From contig PBTA01000046.1 in NCBI GenBank assembly GCA_002726395.1, positions 52,772 through 94,754 on the forward strand: 41,983 nt of DNA, in the 5' to 3' direction. Positions 1 to 8,498 of this stretch are shown piece by piece. Position 1 is the first letter of the stretch. The number at the start of each line of letters is the position of its first letter. A model generated the notes under the pieces. It saw only the letters and a program-made list of their open reading frames with translations, searched no databases and was not told where the DNA came from. Position numbers and translations under genes: made by a program. Origin of the DNA: Methanobacteriota archaeon (lineage in GTDB: Archaea > Thermoplasmatota > Poseidoniia > Poseidoniales > Poseidoniaceae).

Positions 1-1563
1 CTTGCGGCAGCATTGAGCGGAGCAGATGTCCTTCTTGGGTTATCTAAAGGTGGGTTGGTGACCAAAGAAATGGTCGCTAGTATGGCGGCAAAACCAATTA
101 TTTTCGCCCTTGCCAATCCAACTCCGGAAATAACGCCAGAAGAAGTAATGGAGGTAAGAACAGATGCGATAATTGCTACCGGGCGATCAGATTATCCAAA
201 TCAAGTAAACAATGTACTAGGTTTCCCTTATATCTTCAGAGGCGCCTTAGATGTACGCGCCACAGATATCACGCAAAACATGAAAATGGCTGCTACAAAA
301 GCCCTAGCCGAATTAGCGAGGCAACCAGTACCCGATTATATCTCTGAGGCGTATGATGGAGCAACGATGCAATTTGGTCCAGAATACATCATTCCAAAGC
401 CGTTTGATCGCCGAGTTCTAATTTGGGAAGCATCAGCAGTAGCCCAAGCAGCAGTGGATGAAGGAATTACTCAAGTCAGTAAGGATGAGTTCTCAATAAC
501 TCAGTATCGTGAAGAATTAGAAAGTCGCCTTGGTTTATCTTACTCTATAATGCGCCATATGATCAATCAAGTTAGAGGACGCGGCAAACGAATTGTATTT
601 CCTGAAGGTGATAATGAAAAGGTGCTAAAGGCATCAGCACAATTAACCGAACAAAAAATTTGTCAACCAATTCTATTGGGTTCAAAAGAAAGAATAGATT
701 CTATGGTTGAGGAACTTGGTCTAGAGTTTGATTATGAAGTTTTTGACCCACGATATGACGACCGAAGAAAAAACCTCTACGCACCGGCTTTGTTCAAACG
801 ACGCATGCGTAAGGGGATGACGTTGGAAGACGCTGAACGATTACTCAAGAGCCGTCCTTACTTTGCTAGCCAAATGGTTGCTTCAGGTGATGCAGATGGG
901 TTTGTTGGTGGAGTAAGCAGAAATTATGCCGACGTATTACGGCCAACTATCGAAGTTATCGGTTCAGATTCTTCGGCTCATTGCGTTATTGGATGCTACA
1001 TGGTTAACGTGAATGGAAGAACAATATTTCTCGCTGATGCAACTGTCAATGTATATCCTGATAGTCCAACCTTGGCTGAAATTGCGATACAAACTGCAAA
1101 GATCGCTCGAAGGTTTGGTATTAGGCCAAAGGTTGCCATGTTATCATTTTCTAATTTTGGCAGCACTAGAGCCCAACGATCAACAAGGATAGAAGAGGCT
1201 GTTGCAATGGCTAAAGAGATTGATCCGACTTTGATAATAGATGGGCCAATGCAGGCTGATACTGCGTTGAATAGAAGCGTCCAGGAAGATTACCCATTCA
1301 TGCACTTTGAAGGGCCGGCAAATGTCTTGGTGCTGCCAAACCTTGCGGCAGCTAATATTGCTTACAAATTACTTGAGGAACTTGGCGGCGCTGAAATGAC
1401 GGGACCAATTTTGGAAGGAATGGACAAACCAGTCCAGTTGGTAGCCCGCACAGATGGTGTGCGACACATCGTAAATATGGCCACAATATGTGCTGCAGAC
1501 GCAATTAGACAGGACTCTTACTGGGAGACATTAGCAGCGGCTGAAAACATTAATCAAGATTGA
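1..1563 (+). CDS. maeB: NADP-dependent malic enzyme, C-terminal part (NAD(P)-binding domain plus phosphate-acetyltransferase-like domain). The 5' end lies outside the window.
   Basis: Frame 1 is open from nt 1; the track start at 13 is an internal TTG. '[13 protein letters not shown]...[25 protein letters not shown]' is the malic-enzyme NAD-binding signature. The downstream '[15 protein letters not shown]...PILLG...GDADGFVGG' matches the PTA-like domain of MaeB-type enzymes. Confidence 0.93.
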   Translation, partial: LAAALSGADVLLGLSKGGLVTKEMVASMAAKPIIFALANPTPEITPEEVMEVRTDAIIATGRSDYPNQVNNVLGFPYIFRGALDVRATDITQNMKMAATKALAELARQPVPDYISEAYDGATMQFGPEYIIPKPFDRRVLIWEASAVAQAAVDEGITQVSKDEFSITQYREELESRLGLSYSIMRHMINQVRGRGKRIVFPEGDNEKVLKASAQLTEQKICQPILLGSKERIDSMVEELGLEFDYEVFDPRYDDRRKNLYAPALFKRRMRKGMTLEDAERLLKSRPYFASQMVASGDADGFVGGVSRNYADVLRPTIEVIGSDSSAHCVIGCYMVNVNGRTIFLADATVNVYPDSPTLAEIAIQTAKIARRFGIRPKVAMLSFSNFGSTRAQRSTRIEEAVAMAKEIDPTLIIDGPMQADTALNRSVQEDYPFMHFEGPANVLVLPNLAAANIAYKLLEELGGAEMTGPILEGMDKPVQLVARTDGVRHIVNMATICAADAIRQDSYWETLAAAENINQD

Positions 1564-2402
1564 TGCTGTTCTCCATCCTCATACATGATGATTGGTCGTC
1601 TTGGTCGCCAAAAAGCACCTGTGACAAATCCTGCACATAACCCACCAAACAGTAGATTCACCCAGCCAGAATACACATAATCCCCCATTCCTCTAAGCCA
1701 AGGGATGGCAAAAGAAGGAACAACACCTAGTAAAACTGTCCAAATTAGTTCTGATTTTATGTTACCTGCTAAATCAGCCTTCCTAGGGACAGTAACCGGA
1801 CTGCCTTTTCTGATTGGTGTTAGCACAAGCCTTAGTGATAACCCCTTATTTTCTCGGTCCATAGGAGCGCTTGACAAGGCAATAATATCCTTATTTGAAG
1901 GGTGGATTTCCATGGTTGCACTATGCCATTGCATTGGACCATGCCCCTCAAATCCTCGAGGGCGACCGTCCATCATGGCACCCCGATAATTCCCAGTAAC
2001 CGCATCAGCTAAAATCTCCTTCGCTTTACAATTAATTTCAATGGCCTGTTGTTCTTTAGCATGCATCCATTCTCCTTGGGTTGGGCAACGTATTTCCCAA
2101 TTGGTAAAATCGCCAGTTAATATCTCAAGACTTTCCCGTAGTGAATCATTTACTAGCGCAATAATAACCGACAACCTTTCAGAATTCCACACATTTTCAT
2201 CACCCGATGCAATGTTGCTATCTATCAGGTTTGACAATTGTTGGTTAGTTAACGTATTTTCCATGATGTAAAATTCAGGACATCTGACTTCATGACACGG
2301 CCTCTGGCCAGCATATATCCAACCACCTTTTGACTCTCCAACAAAAACGGAGCCACGCTTGACTTTAGAAAATTTAAGTCCGTTAATTTCCAAGGATGAC
2401 AT
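1554..2402 (-). CDS. Degenerate FGE/SUMF1-like domain protein with two C-terminal TM helices
   Basis: '[23 protein letters not shown]', '[14 protein letters not shown]' and '[10 protein letters not shown]' follow the E-x-P-x-H-x-V / F-x-i-x-x-x-x-VTN, RLPTEAEW and GFRLV blocks of the formylglycine-generating-enzyme fold. The GNVWEW block is absent. The hydrophobic C-terminus is '[17 protein letters not shown]...[16 protein letters not shown]'. The ATG at 2402 is preferred over the track's GTG at 2411. The 3' end overlaps the maeB stop by 10 nt (convergent). Confidence 0.55.
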   Translation of the reverse strand: MSSLEINGLKFSKVKRGSVFVGESKGGWIYAGQRPCHEVRCPEFYIMENTLTNQQLSNLIDSNIASGDENVWNSERLSVIIALVNDSLRESLEILTGDFTNWEIRCPTQGEWMHAKEQQAIEINCKAKEILADAVTGNYRGAMMDGRPRGFEGHGPMQWHSATMEIHPSNKDIIALSSAPMDRENKGLSLRLVLTPIRKGSPVTVPRKADLAGNIKSELIWTVLLGVVPSFAIPWLRGMGDYVYSGWVNLLFGGLCAGFVTGAFWRPRRPIIMYEDGEQHQS

Positions 2403-2410
2403 GCTAATCA

Positions 2411-3100
2411 CTAGTTTAGTAAACCGCTCATTCGATTATACCAAGCGATTCCGTTTTTGTGATCCTCTAGCATAGCAAATTGCGGGAATGGAGAAATTGA
2501 CCGCATATAACCGAATACCGAGAAGTCCACAATGCTTGGCCCACTGCCGCCAAAGAAATCTTTTCCTTGATGCTCATCAGTAAATTCGGTAAGTAAATCA
2601 TGCCAAAGTTGCTTGGGCTTTCGCCCGTCCTTTTTGACGCGCTTTTTTGCAATAATCCCCCACATTATAGGGAATCCTGCCCAAGCATATAGGCGCTTAG
2701 AGATGAAACCAAATTCTTCTAATTTTGAAATACGGGTTGTTGTTTTGAAGGCTGACCCTAAGGTGCCATATAGTATTGGAACGGTTGCCTTAGACATCTT
2801 TTGGTCAGACCAATCTAGCCACTTTGTTGTGCGTTCCTGTTCTGTTACATTTAGTAATTTATTTCCATTATATTGTTCATCAATGAACTTCATAATTGGT
2901 GTTGAATCGACATGGTGAACTCCATTTTCGTCGGTAAAAACAGGCACTTTGCCCCAGTCATCAGTAAACGAAACCGCCTTTTTGATTTTCAATCCGTTAA
3001 CTGCAATAAGGTCTACATCTAAATCTAAATATTCTATGAGTCCCCTTACTTTCCAACAGAATGGACAAGTGTGCAACATGTGCAGTGCTGCTTTTGACAT
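2411..3100 (-). CDS. Glutaredoxin-2 / prostaglandin-E-synthase-2-like GST-fold thiol transferase
   Basis: The N-terminal thioredoxin-fold has a 'TCPFCWKVR' (CPFC) active site followed by 'KVPVF...VDSTPIMKFI', as in Grx2/PGES2-type GSTs. ATG start. The stop lies 8 nt before the next gene's ATG. Confidence 0.75.
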   Translation of the reverse strand: MSKAALHMLHTCPFCWKVRGLIEYLDLDVDLIAVNGLKIKKAVSFTDDWGKVPVFTDENGVHHVDSTPIMKFIDEQYNGNKLLNVTEQERTTKWLDWSDQKMSKATVPILYGTLGSAFKTTTRISKLEEFGFISKRLYAWAGFPIMWGIIAKKRVKKDGRKPKQLWHDLLTEFTDEHQGKDFFGGSGPSIVDFSVFGYMRSISPFPQFAMLEDHKNGIAWYNRMSGLLN

Positions 3101-3125
3101 ATCCTAGCCTGTAATCGAACACTAT

Positions 3126-3461
3126 TCAATCCTTGTCTGCTGAATCGGATACAGGTTTCCAACCAGTTTTCCAAAATTCAAGGTCATCAAGCCATCTTAG
3201 CCATTCTTGATCAGTGCATGACAAGAGCCTAAACGCTCTGCTTTCTAGGGCGTCTTTGTTTACTTTAGACAGTGAACCGTTATCAAAACATTCTTGCCAT
3301 TCTACTTGCATTTGCCTAATTCTTCGTTTTGCTTCTTCGGGATTGTCAAAATTACGTTCACACATATCTCTAAGCTCTAGTAGCCAGGTTCGGCCATCTT
3401 TCATTATTGGCTCAATCGCTCTACGGGCCGACTTAGGTTTTGAAAATGGCCACCAGCCCAT
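3126..3461 (-). CDS. Hypothetical Trp-rich 111-aa protein
   Basis: Clean ATG ORF placed 25 nt upstream of the Grx/GST gene on the same strand. No recognisable motif. Ten Trp in 111 aa ('MGWWPF', 'EWLRWLDDLEFWKTGW'). Confidence 0.55.
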   Translation of the reverse strand: MGWWPFSKPKSARRAIEPIMKDGRTWLLELRDMCERNFDNPEEAKRRIRQMQVEWQECFDNGSLSKVNKDALESRAFRLLSCTDQEWLRWLDDLEFWKTGWKPVSDSADKD

Positions 3462-3562
3462 GTTGAACCCTATTGGTCGTAGTTATTGAATATGGTTCAA
3501 ATTATGAAATTACCTCATTGTTAACCAATACATTTCAAGTGACTGGGGAAGGTGAGCCAATT

Positions 3563-3991
3563 ATGGGGCGCATAACACTACACCTCCATGGGCAAGCAAG
3601 AGAACGCTCTTACCGCGAGATGTTAGAGACATATTCACACCGCCTAAGTGTTAAAAACATCAAAATAATCTCCCATTCAAGCAAAAAATCTGTGCAACAA
3701 TACTATGATGAGATCAATAACAACGCAACGTTGTTTATTCTAGATGAAGCTGGAAAGCAGTATACTTCACGTCAATTTGCCGAATTGGTAAAAACATGGA
3801 CTATTGCCACAGAAGACATTAATTTAGCAATAGGGCCAGTCGACGGCTGGCAGAAAATTAACCATTCTATAAAACGCACAATTTCGCTTTCTAATATGAC
3901 TCTGCCACACGAGCTTGCAGGAGTCATTTTAGCCGAGCAAGTTTATCGTGCAACAGAAATAATCAAGGGGACAAAATACCATAGGGATTGA
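3563..3991 (+). CDS. rlmH: 23S rRNA (pseudouridine-N3)-methyltransferase RlmH (SPOUT family)
   Basis: The C-terminal 'LSNMTLPHELAGVILAEQVYRATEIIKGTKYHRD' matches the RlmH signature (pH..vR..L.EQ.YRA......YH). 'LFILDEAGKQYTSRQFA' is the SPOUT knot region. The start is set at the ATG at 3563 ('MGRITLH'), which is where RlmH homologues begin. The track start at 3473 adds 30 non-homologous residues. Confidence 0.85.
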   Translation: MGRITLHLHGQARERSYREMLETYSHRLSVKNIKIISHSSKKSVQQYYDEINNNATLFILDEAGKQYTSRQFAELVKTWTIATEDINLAIGPVDGWQKINHSIKRTISLSNMTLPHELAGVILAEQVYRATEIIKGTKYHRD

Positions 3992-4036
3992 GCAAATACT
4001 CAAAGCCGAGGGGTATATGCATTGGATTGAGAGAGC

Positions 4037-4783
4037 ATGATACTAGAAGAGACTACAGTAGTTTGGTTGCTGATTGGATTTGAATTAGTGATTTCGATAA
4101 TTTTAATTTTAGGCTCTAAAAGCCAACCTTTCCCGACACCTGCAAGGCGGTTTGGCTGGTTTATACTAATGGTTAGCGGGTTGTTGCTGCTAGGCCAGTC
4201 CGCACCAAACCCGACCAGTCTTGAAGCCCATTTGACCATACTCTCGGTATTTGGAGCGTTTGGTCTGGTTAGTGGAATAAACCTGATGCTAAGAACTAGA
4301 CGTGAAGTGCTAGTTGCTCCAATGTCAGGTTTTATGTTCTGCGTAGGAGTTACTGGCCTGATTACTCAAACCTGGGATGAACTAAACAAATTTGAACACT
4401 GGGCCGGATTTTTAGCACTTGTTGTATTGGCTGGAGGGCAAACTTGGCTAGTGTTCAGAGGCTTGCTGATCGGCAGATTACCATTAGCGTGGAGCCAAGC
4501 AGGAATGGTTGCCTTGCATAGAGGTCAGTTACGTGGCCCTCATGGCGCAATAGAATGTTTTGAGAAGGCATGGGATGCGGAAGAAGAACATCTAAATCCA
4601 ATGGCTTATTCTGCGTTAAGCAAAATATTTCAAGCACTAGAGGAGACCGATAGAGCAACCCATTGGAATGAATTATTTCTCGAATCCGGGGGTAGTGAAT
4701 CAGTGGCAATTGAATGGCTTTCGGCAATAGATGATTGTTTGAGCAATATGGGTTTTACAACATTCTCTAGCGACAGCGAGTAA
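4037..4783 (+). CDS. Hypothetical membrane protein: about 5 N-terminal TM helices plus a soluble TPR-like C-terminal region
   Basis: ATG ORF. Hydrophobic segments run through about aa 150. The helical tail is 'GAIECFEKAWDAEEEHLNPMAYSALSKIFQALEETDRA'. Confidence 0.65.
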   Translation: MILEETTVVWLLIGFELVISIILILGSKSQPFPTPARRFGWFILMVSGLLLLGQSAPNPTSLEAHLTILSVFGAFGLVSGINLMLRTRREVLVAPMSGFMFCVGVTGLITQTWDELNKFEHWAGFLALVVLAGGQTWLVFRGLLIGRLPLAWSQAGMVALHRGQLRGPHGAIECFEKAWDAEEEHLNPMAYSALSKIFQALEETDRATHWNELFLESGGSESVAIEWLSAIDDCLSNMGFTTFSSDSE

Positions 4784-4871
4784 TGCCGTTTTAGAGAATT
4801 TATTGGTATTTTTACGCCGAAATTCAGCATTTATCCGATTGTTTTATGTATTTTAAAGTCGATATATAATC

Positions 4872-5177
4872 ATGGGAAACAACAATACGCAGCAGAATAA
4901 AAAACAAATCTCACCAATACTTGGAGCAATTTTAGCAATTTGGTTTGTAGCAAACCTAACCTCCCAACTCGTGTACATTTCAATTCATGGTAGCCCATAT
5001 GACGGACTTGCGATGCTAATGTCGCTTGGGCCGATCTATATGGCAATTTTAATTGCCGAAGCAATACTTTGGCTGTGGGTGCTATTTTACGTTGTATACA
5101 AGGCCTACAACCACATATTATCTTCAGATTCACCCGAGATTAATGGCACTGGACAAATGGCTACAAAATCAACATAA
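4872..5177 (+). CDS. Hypothetical small membrane protein (101 aa, 2-3 TM)
   Basis: ATG ORF preceded by an AT-rich stretch ('ttttatgtattttaaag', about -20 to -30). It has hydrophobic helices. No family was recognised. Confidence 0.55.
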   Translation: MGNNNTQQNKKQISPILGAILAIWFVANLTSQLVYISIHGSPYDGLAMLMSLGPIYMAILIAEAILWLWVLFYVVYKAYNHILSSDSPEINGTGQMATKST

Positions 5178-5228
5178 TTCATTCAATAGTATCGATGTAT
5201 TCAAGACCCTTCTCGTCAAAAGACACAT

Positions 5229-5714
5229 GTGTCTGATACCTCCGAAGTACCAATATATTCTGGTAGGCCTATGTCTATCACAGATTTGCTTAACCATGAA
5301 ACAGCTATTGATCAAATCCCAAGTGGAGCAAAAATAGTAACCATTGAAGAAGCGAGGATCGGCTTGAAAGAGGCCTCTCGATGTTTAGTAGAACTTCAAT
5401 CAATTAGCGATATATCAGGAGATTTAACCGAGGAATTAGATATTATTTTGGAAAGCTATGACTCGAAACATGACCATGTTACTGAGATTGCTGATTATTT
5501 GGCGATAATGATACAATCGTGGCACAGCGTAGTGAAGAGGCTGGAATCAACGGGCGCTCGAATGGCTTGCTTAGAGCTTGGTAGACTTGAATGGTACGGA
5601 GTAGTCGATGAGAAAGTGGTCCAATATTCTTGGTGCATTGGTGAAGAAGATATCGAATGGTATCATGAATTAAACTCAAGCTTCCTCTCCCGCAAACCAC
5701 TCATAGAAGCATAA
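5229..5714 (+). CDS. DUF2203-like protein
   Basis: The C-terminal 'GRLEWYGVVDEKVVQYSWCIGEEDIEWYHELNSSFLSRKPL' follows the DUF2203 pattern (G.vDF....g..v.LCW..GE..i..WH....GF.GRkPl). This is recalled from memory and unverified. The start is either the GTG at 5229 or the ATG at 5271. Confidence 0.6.
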   Translation: MSDTSEVPIYSGRPMSITDLLNHETAIDQIPSGAKIVTIEEARIGLKEASRCLVELQSISDISGDLTEELDIILESYDSKHDHVTEIADYLAIMIQSWHSVVKRLESTGARMACLELGRLEWYGVVDEKVVQYSWCIGEEDIEWYHELNSSFLSRKPLIEA

Positions 5715-5740
5715 CCTCGGATGGTTAGGTCGGGTGTGTT

Positions 5741-6439
5741 ATGGTTCGAATTAATCGCGTTTATACTGGAACTGGAGATGACGGGTCCTCCTCATTTGTT
5801 GATGGCTCAAGACACCGAAAATCTCACCTAAGATTTGTTGCAGTAGGTACATGTGACGAATTAAATTCAATTGTCGGCTTGATAAGAAGAGAGTGTAAAG
5901 TGTTACCAAGTCACGCTGATGGCGGCTCCAGTGCATCTATTAATCGAATCCAAAATATTGCTGAGTCCGCACTAGATCGGCTACAAAATGAATTATTCGA
6001 CCTTGGTGCTGAACTAGCCTGTGAACCTGACAAATTGCCTGAATATATGCAATTAATTGATTCAGTACAATGCGATAGCCTAACTGGCGAAATGGATGCA
6101 TGGCTAGAACAACTCGACCCATTAACCAGTTTCATTTTGCCGACAGGAGCGGGGCCAGAACCAATAATCCATTTGGCTAGAACCGTAACTAGGCGCTTGG
6201 AAAGAAGCCTTGTCGCAATAGAAGACGAAGAAGGTAGTAAAGCAGTTAGAGAAGTCGCTAAAGTTTATGTCAACCGACTATCGGATTGGTTCTTTGTATT
6301 TGCAAGATGGGTGACAAAAAATATGGGTGAACAGGAAACTCTCTGGACACCTCTAGGGAAACGCGGAGAGTCATCAAATGTCGCCAATATGATTAGGAAG
6401 ATTGGTTCAAACGACGCCGATTATGACGATCTAGACTAA
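5741..6439 (+). CDS. ATP:cob(I)alamin adenosyltransferase, PduO/MMAB type
   Basis: 'RVYTGTGDDGSSSFVDGSRHRKSHLRFVAVGTCDELNSIVG' matches the PduO-type N-terminal signature (iYTrtGD.G.Tsl..g.r..K....i.a.G..DELns.iG). 'LPTGAGP...LHLARTVTRRLER' matches the second block. At 232 aa it is longer than the typical ~190 aa. Confidence 0.88.
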   Translation: MVRINRVYTGTGDDGSSSFVDGSRHRKSHLRFVAVGTCDELNSIVGLIRRECKVLPSHADGGSSASINRIQNIAESALDRLQNELFDLGAELACEPDKLPEYMQLIDSVQCDSLTGEMDAWLEQLDPLTSFILPTGAGPEPIIHLARTVTRRLERSLVAIEDEEGSKAVREVAKVYVNRLSDWFFVFARWVTKNMGEQETLWTPLGKRGESSNVANMIRKIGSNDADYDDLD

Positions 6440-6841
6440 GCCAATTCTGTCAGCATGAGTCTTGGCTTTGGTTAGAGTGCCCTTGGTCTCTTCATGAGTC
6501 GCCATATCAATTGCCAAATCCCAATCAAGCCACATATAGCGATGGTGTTCTTTGGACAATTTCACGGTTATTTTTTCAGTAGTAGCTAAAAACCAAAAAA
6601 CCTGTTTTTCGGTTAATCTTCCCTTTTGCTTGAAACTATATGTTGTCTTTTCTTCAAACCCATCGATAAATTCTATTGCCGAAATACCAGTCTCTTCGAT
6701 TAATTCTCTAGCCGCAGTAGCTTTTCGGTCACGATCAATGTCTTCGACGTGACCCTTTGGTAGATCCCAGTGCCCTTGTGGATATTGCAGTAATAACACC
6801 GTTCCATAATTTACTAGGACGATGCCACAAGAGGTTTCCAT
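6431..6841 (-). CDS. Nudix hydrolase, Ap4A-hydrolase (NUDT2)-like
   Basis: The Nudix box is 'WDLPKGHVEDIDRDRKATAARELIEETGI', with one residue inserted relative to the canonical G-x5-E-x7-REUxEExGU. The 'W..PKGHvE' context is typical of Ap4A hydrolases. The 3' end overlaps the adenosyltransferase gene by 9 nt (convergent). Confidence 0.85.
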   Translation of the reverse strand: METSCGIVLVNYGTVLLLQYPQGHWDLPKGHVEDIDRDRKATAARELIEETGISAIEFIDGFEEKTTYSFKQKGRLTEKQVFWFLATTEKITVKLSKEHHRYMWLDWDLAIDMATHEETKGTLTKAKTHADRIGLV

Positions 6842-6923
6842 ACTAACCCCAACACATAGTTAGTCAAGTTATTTGCGTAAGTTACTGCAAAAATACTTCA
6901 ATCTAGTTGCTTGAGTTGAGCAT

Positions 6924-7919
6924 ATGGGTGCCAAAGAGATTCCACAGTTCACCAAAATTGTAGCAGACTCTGATTTTGATGGGTTAATTGGGGCAGCAAT
7001 TCTAAAAGCTTACAATCCTGCTGCAGAAGTGAAGTTTTCACATGCAGCACTGGTAAGAAATGGCAACATGGACGGGGAAATAAATGCCTCTACAGTAATC
7101 GTCGATTTACCATTTCATCAAAACTGCGGGTGGTATTTAGACCATCACCAAACCAACAAACCAACTAAGCAAGAATCGCTAGAATTTGAAAAAAAAGGCG
7201 GAGTTACTGATTGGCAGGCAACTCCATCAGCAGCAAGATTGGTCTATGACCTAATTCATTCCCATTGTGATTTAGCTAATTTTGTTGAGGTAATGCCGTT
7301 TGTTGATGCCCTTGATTCGGGGGGAATCACGATTGAACAGTTTCGCGAAGACGATGAATTAATGCGCTTCAGTCGAACGCTAAAAGTTACCGAAAGCGAT
7401 TACATGAATGATATTGTTACCCATTTATCCCAAGGTAAAACCATCTTCCAAATTCTACAATTACCAGAGGTAAAATCACGACTATTGGTACAGCAAGAAC
7501 AACGATCAGCAATAGAACATGTGGTCCAAGCCAATACCGTAATAATTAACCGACTCGCAGTATGCCATTTACAGGACACAAGATATTTTTCTAATGGATA
7601 CCTAGTGACTGCCTGGGCTGGAGATAAGGCAGATGCTTGTTGCATAATCCATGGATACTCAGATGGCAATATTGACGACCCTAACAGGCCACCACTGTCA
7701 GCAAGTTTCTATGCAAACTCGTTTATCCAGGGCGGGCAAGGCAAGTATGATCTCTCTCGACTTGCCACAAAATTCGACCCAAGTGGCGGAGGACACATGA
7801 ACGCTTGTGGTTGCCGAATTCAGCCTCCGGGGCTTGATGATAACTTAGCAAAATGGCTTCAAATGTGGGCCGATAGAGATACCGTTTTAGCGATTAATCA
7901 CAATACTGCAAATATGTAA
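6924..7919 (+). CDS. DHH/DHHA1-family phosphoesterase (mini RecJ/NrnA-like)
   Basis: Motif I is 'ADSDFDGLIGAAIL', motif III is 'YLDHHQT', and the DHHA1 motif is 'GGGHMNACG'. Confidence 0.8.
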   Translation: MGAKEIPQFTKIVADSDFDGLIGAAILKAYNPAAEVKFSHAALVRNGNMDGEINASTVIVDLPFHQNCGWYLDHHQTNKPTKQESLEFEKKGGVTDWQATPSAARLVYDLIHSHCDLANFVEVMPFVDALDSGGITIEQFREDDELMRFSRTLKVTESDYMNDIVTHLSQGKTIFQILQLPEVKSRLLVQQEQRSAIEHVVQANTVIINRLAVCHLQDTRYFSNGYLVTAWAGDKADACCIIHGYSDGNIDDPNRPPLSASFYANSFIQGGQGKYDLSRLATKFDPSGGGHMNACGCRIQPPGLDDNLAKWLQMWADRDTVLAINHNTANM

Positions 7920-8365
7920 AGGAATCCCAAAAAAGCATGAATGAATATTAACGCCATAATAAAATCCGCCGCCCTGCCATGCTTTAATTTCTCATCAGCG
8001 AACTTCTCACCAGCCAGCCGTTTGCGCTTGACCGATTTTCCTAAGTTAGTCATTATTAGTAATAGCGCGAGGCCAAGAGGGCCAATAAAGCCATGAAGAC
8101 TAGTCGGCCAAATTTCCGCAAAAATATCGCCACTAGAACGCCAGCCTGCAATCATACGTCCAATAAAAGCAACCACTACGACAATAATTCCCGACCATAA
8201 AATAAATTCGCCATTTTTTTCATGTTTTTCTAGAGCATCTTTTCGCAATTGACCTTTCATTCCCTTACTTGTCTTGCGCCATGAGTATTGCTGCCAAATC
8301 CAGTAAATCAGTGCACAGGCTAATACTGGGTGGGCCAGTAATGCAATGGCTCTGATGAAATCCAT
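7898..8365 (-). CDS. Hypothetical 4-TM membrane protein with conserved-looking His residues (DUF4079 / b-type-cytochrome-like?)
   Basis: Four hydrophobic helices. His residues sit at helix ends ('LAHPVL', 'SLHGFIG', 'KHGRAADF', 'FIHAFLG'). The ATG at 8365 is preferred over the TTG at 8377. The 3' end overlaps the DHH gene by 22 nt (convergent). Confidence 0.6.
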   Translation of the reverse strand: MDFIRAIALLAHPVLACALIYWIWQQYSWRKTSKGMKGQLRKDALEKHEKNGEFILWSGIIVVVVAFIGRMIAGWRSSGDIFAEIWPTSLHGFIGPLGLALLLIMTNLGKSVKRKRLAGEKFADEKLKHGRAADFIMALIFIHAFLGFLYIFAVL

Positions 8366-8498
8366 GGTCTCAATCAACCCTCGCTAAAGCCTCTTCATTG
8401 ATGAACACTGGTGATAAAAACCATTTCCCGGATAGTTTTAGCGATAATTGTTGCCGGTTAGTTGAATAGCGACTTAACTAGCCGTCAATATGTAGGGG

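Noticed and set aside
3473-3562. 30-codon N-terminal extension of rlmH suggested by the ORF track.
   Set aside because: RlmH homologues begin at the equivalent of 'MGRITLH' (ATG 3563). The extension overlaps the divergent promoter region and has no homology pattern.
5053-5337. 94-aa plus-strand ORF bridging the 101-aa membrane gene and the DUF2203-like gene.
   Set aside because: It is an out-of-frame overlap with two better-supported ORFs. The product is odd in composition, and accepting it would remove the recognisable DUF2203 N-terminus.
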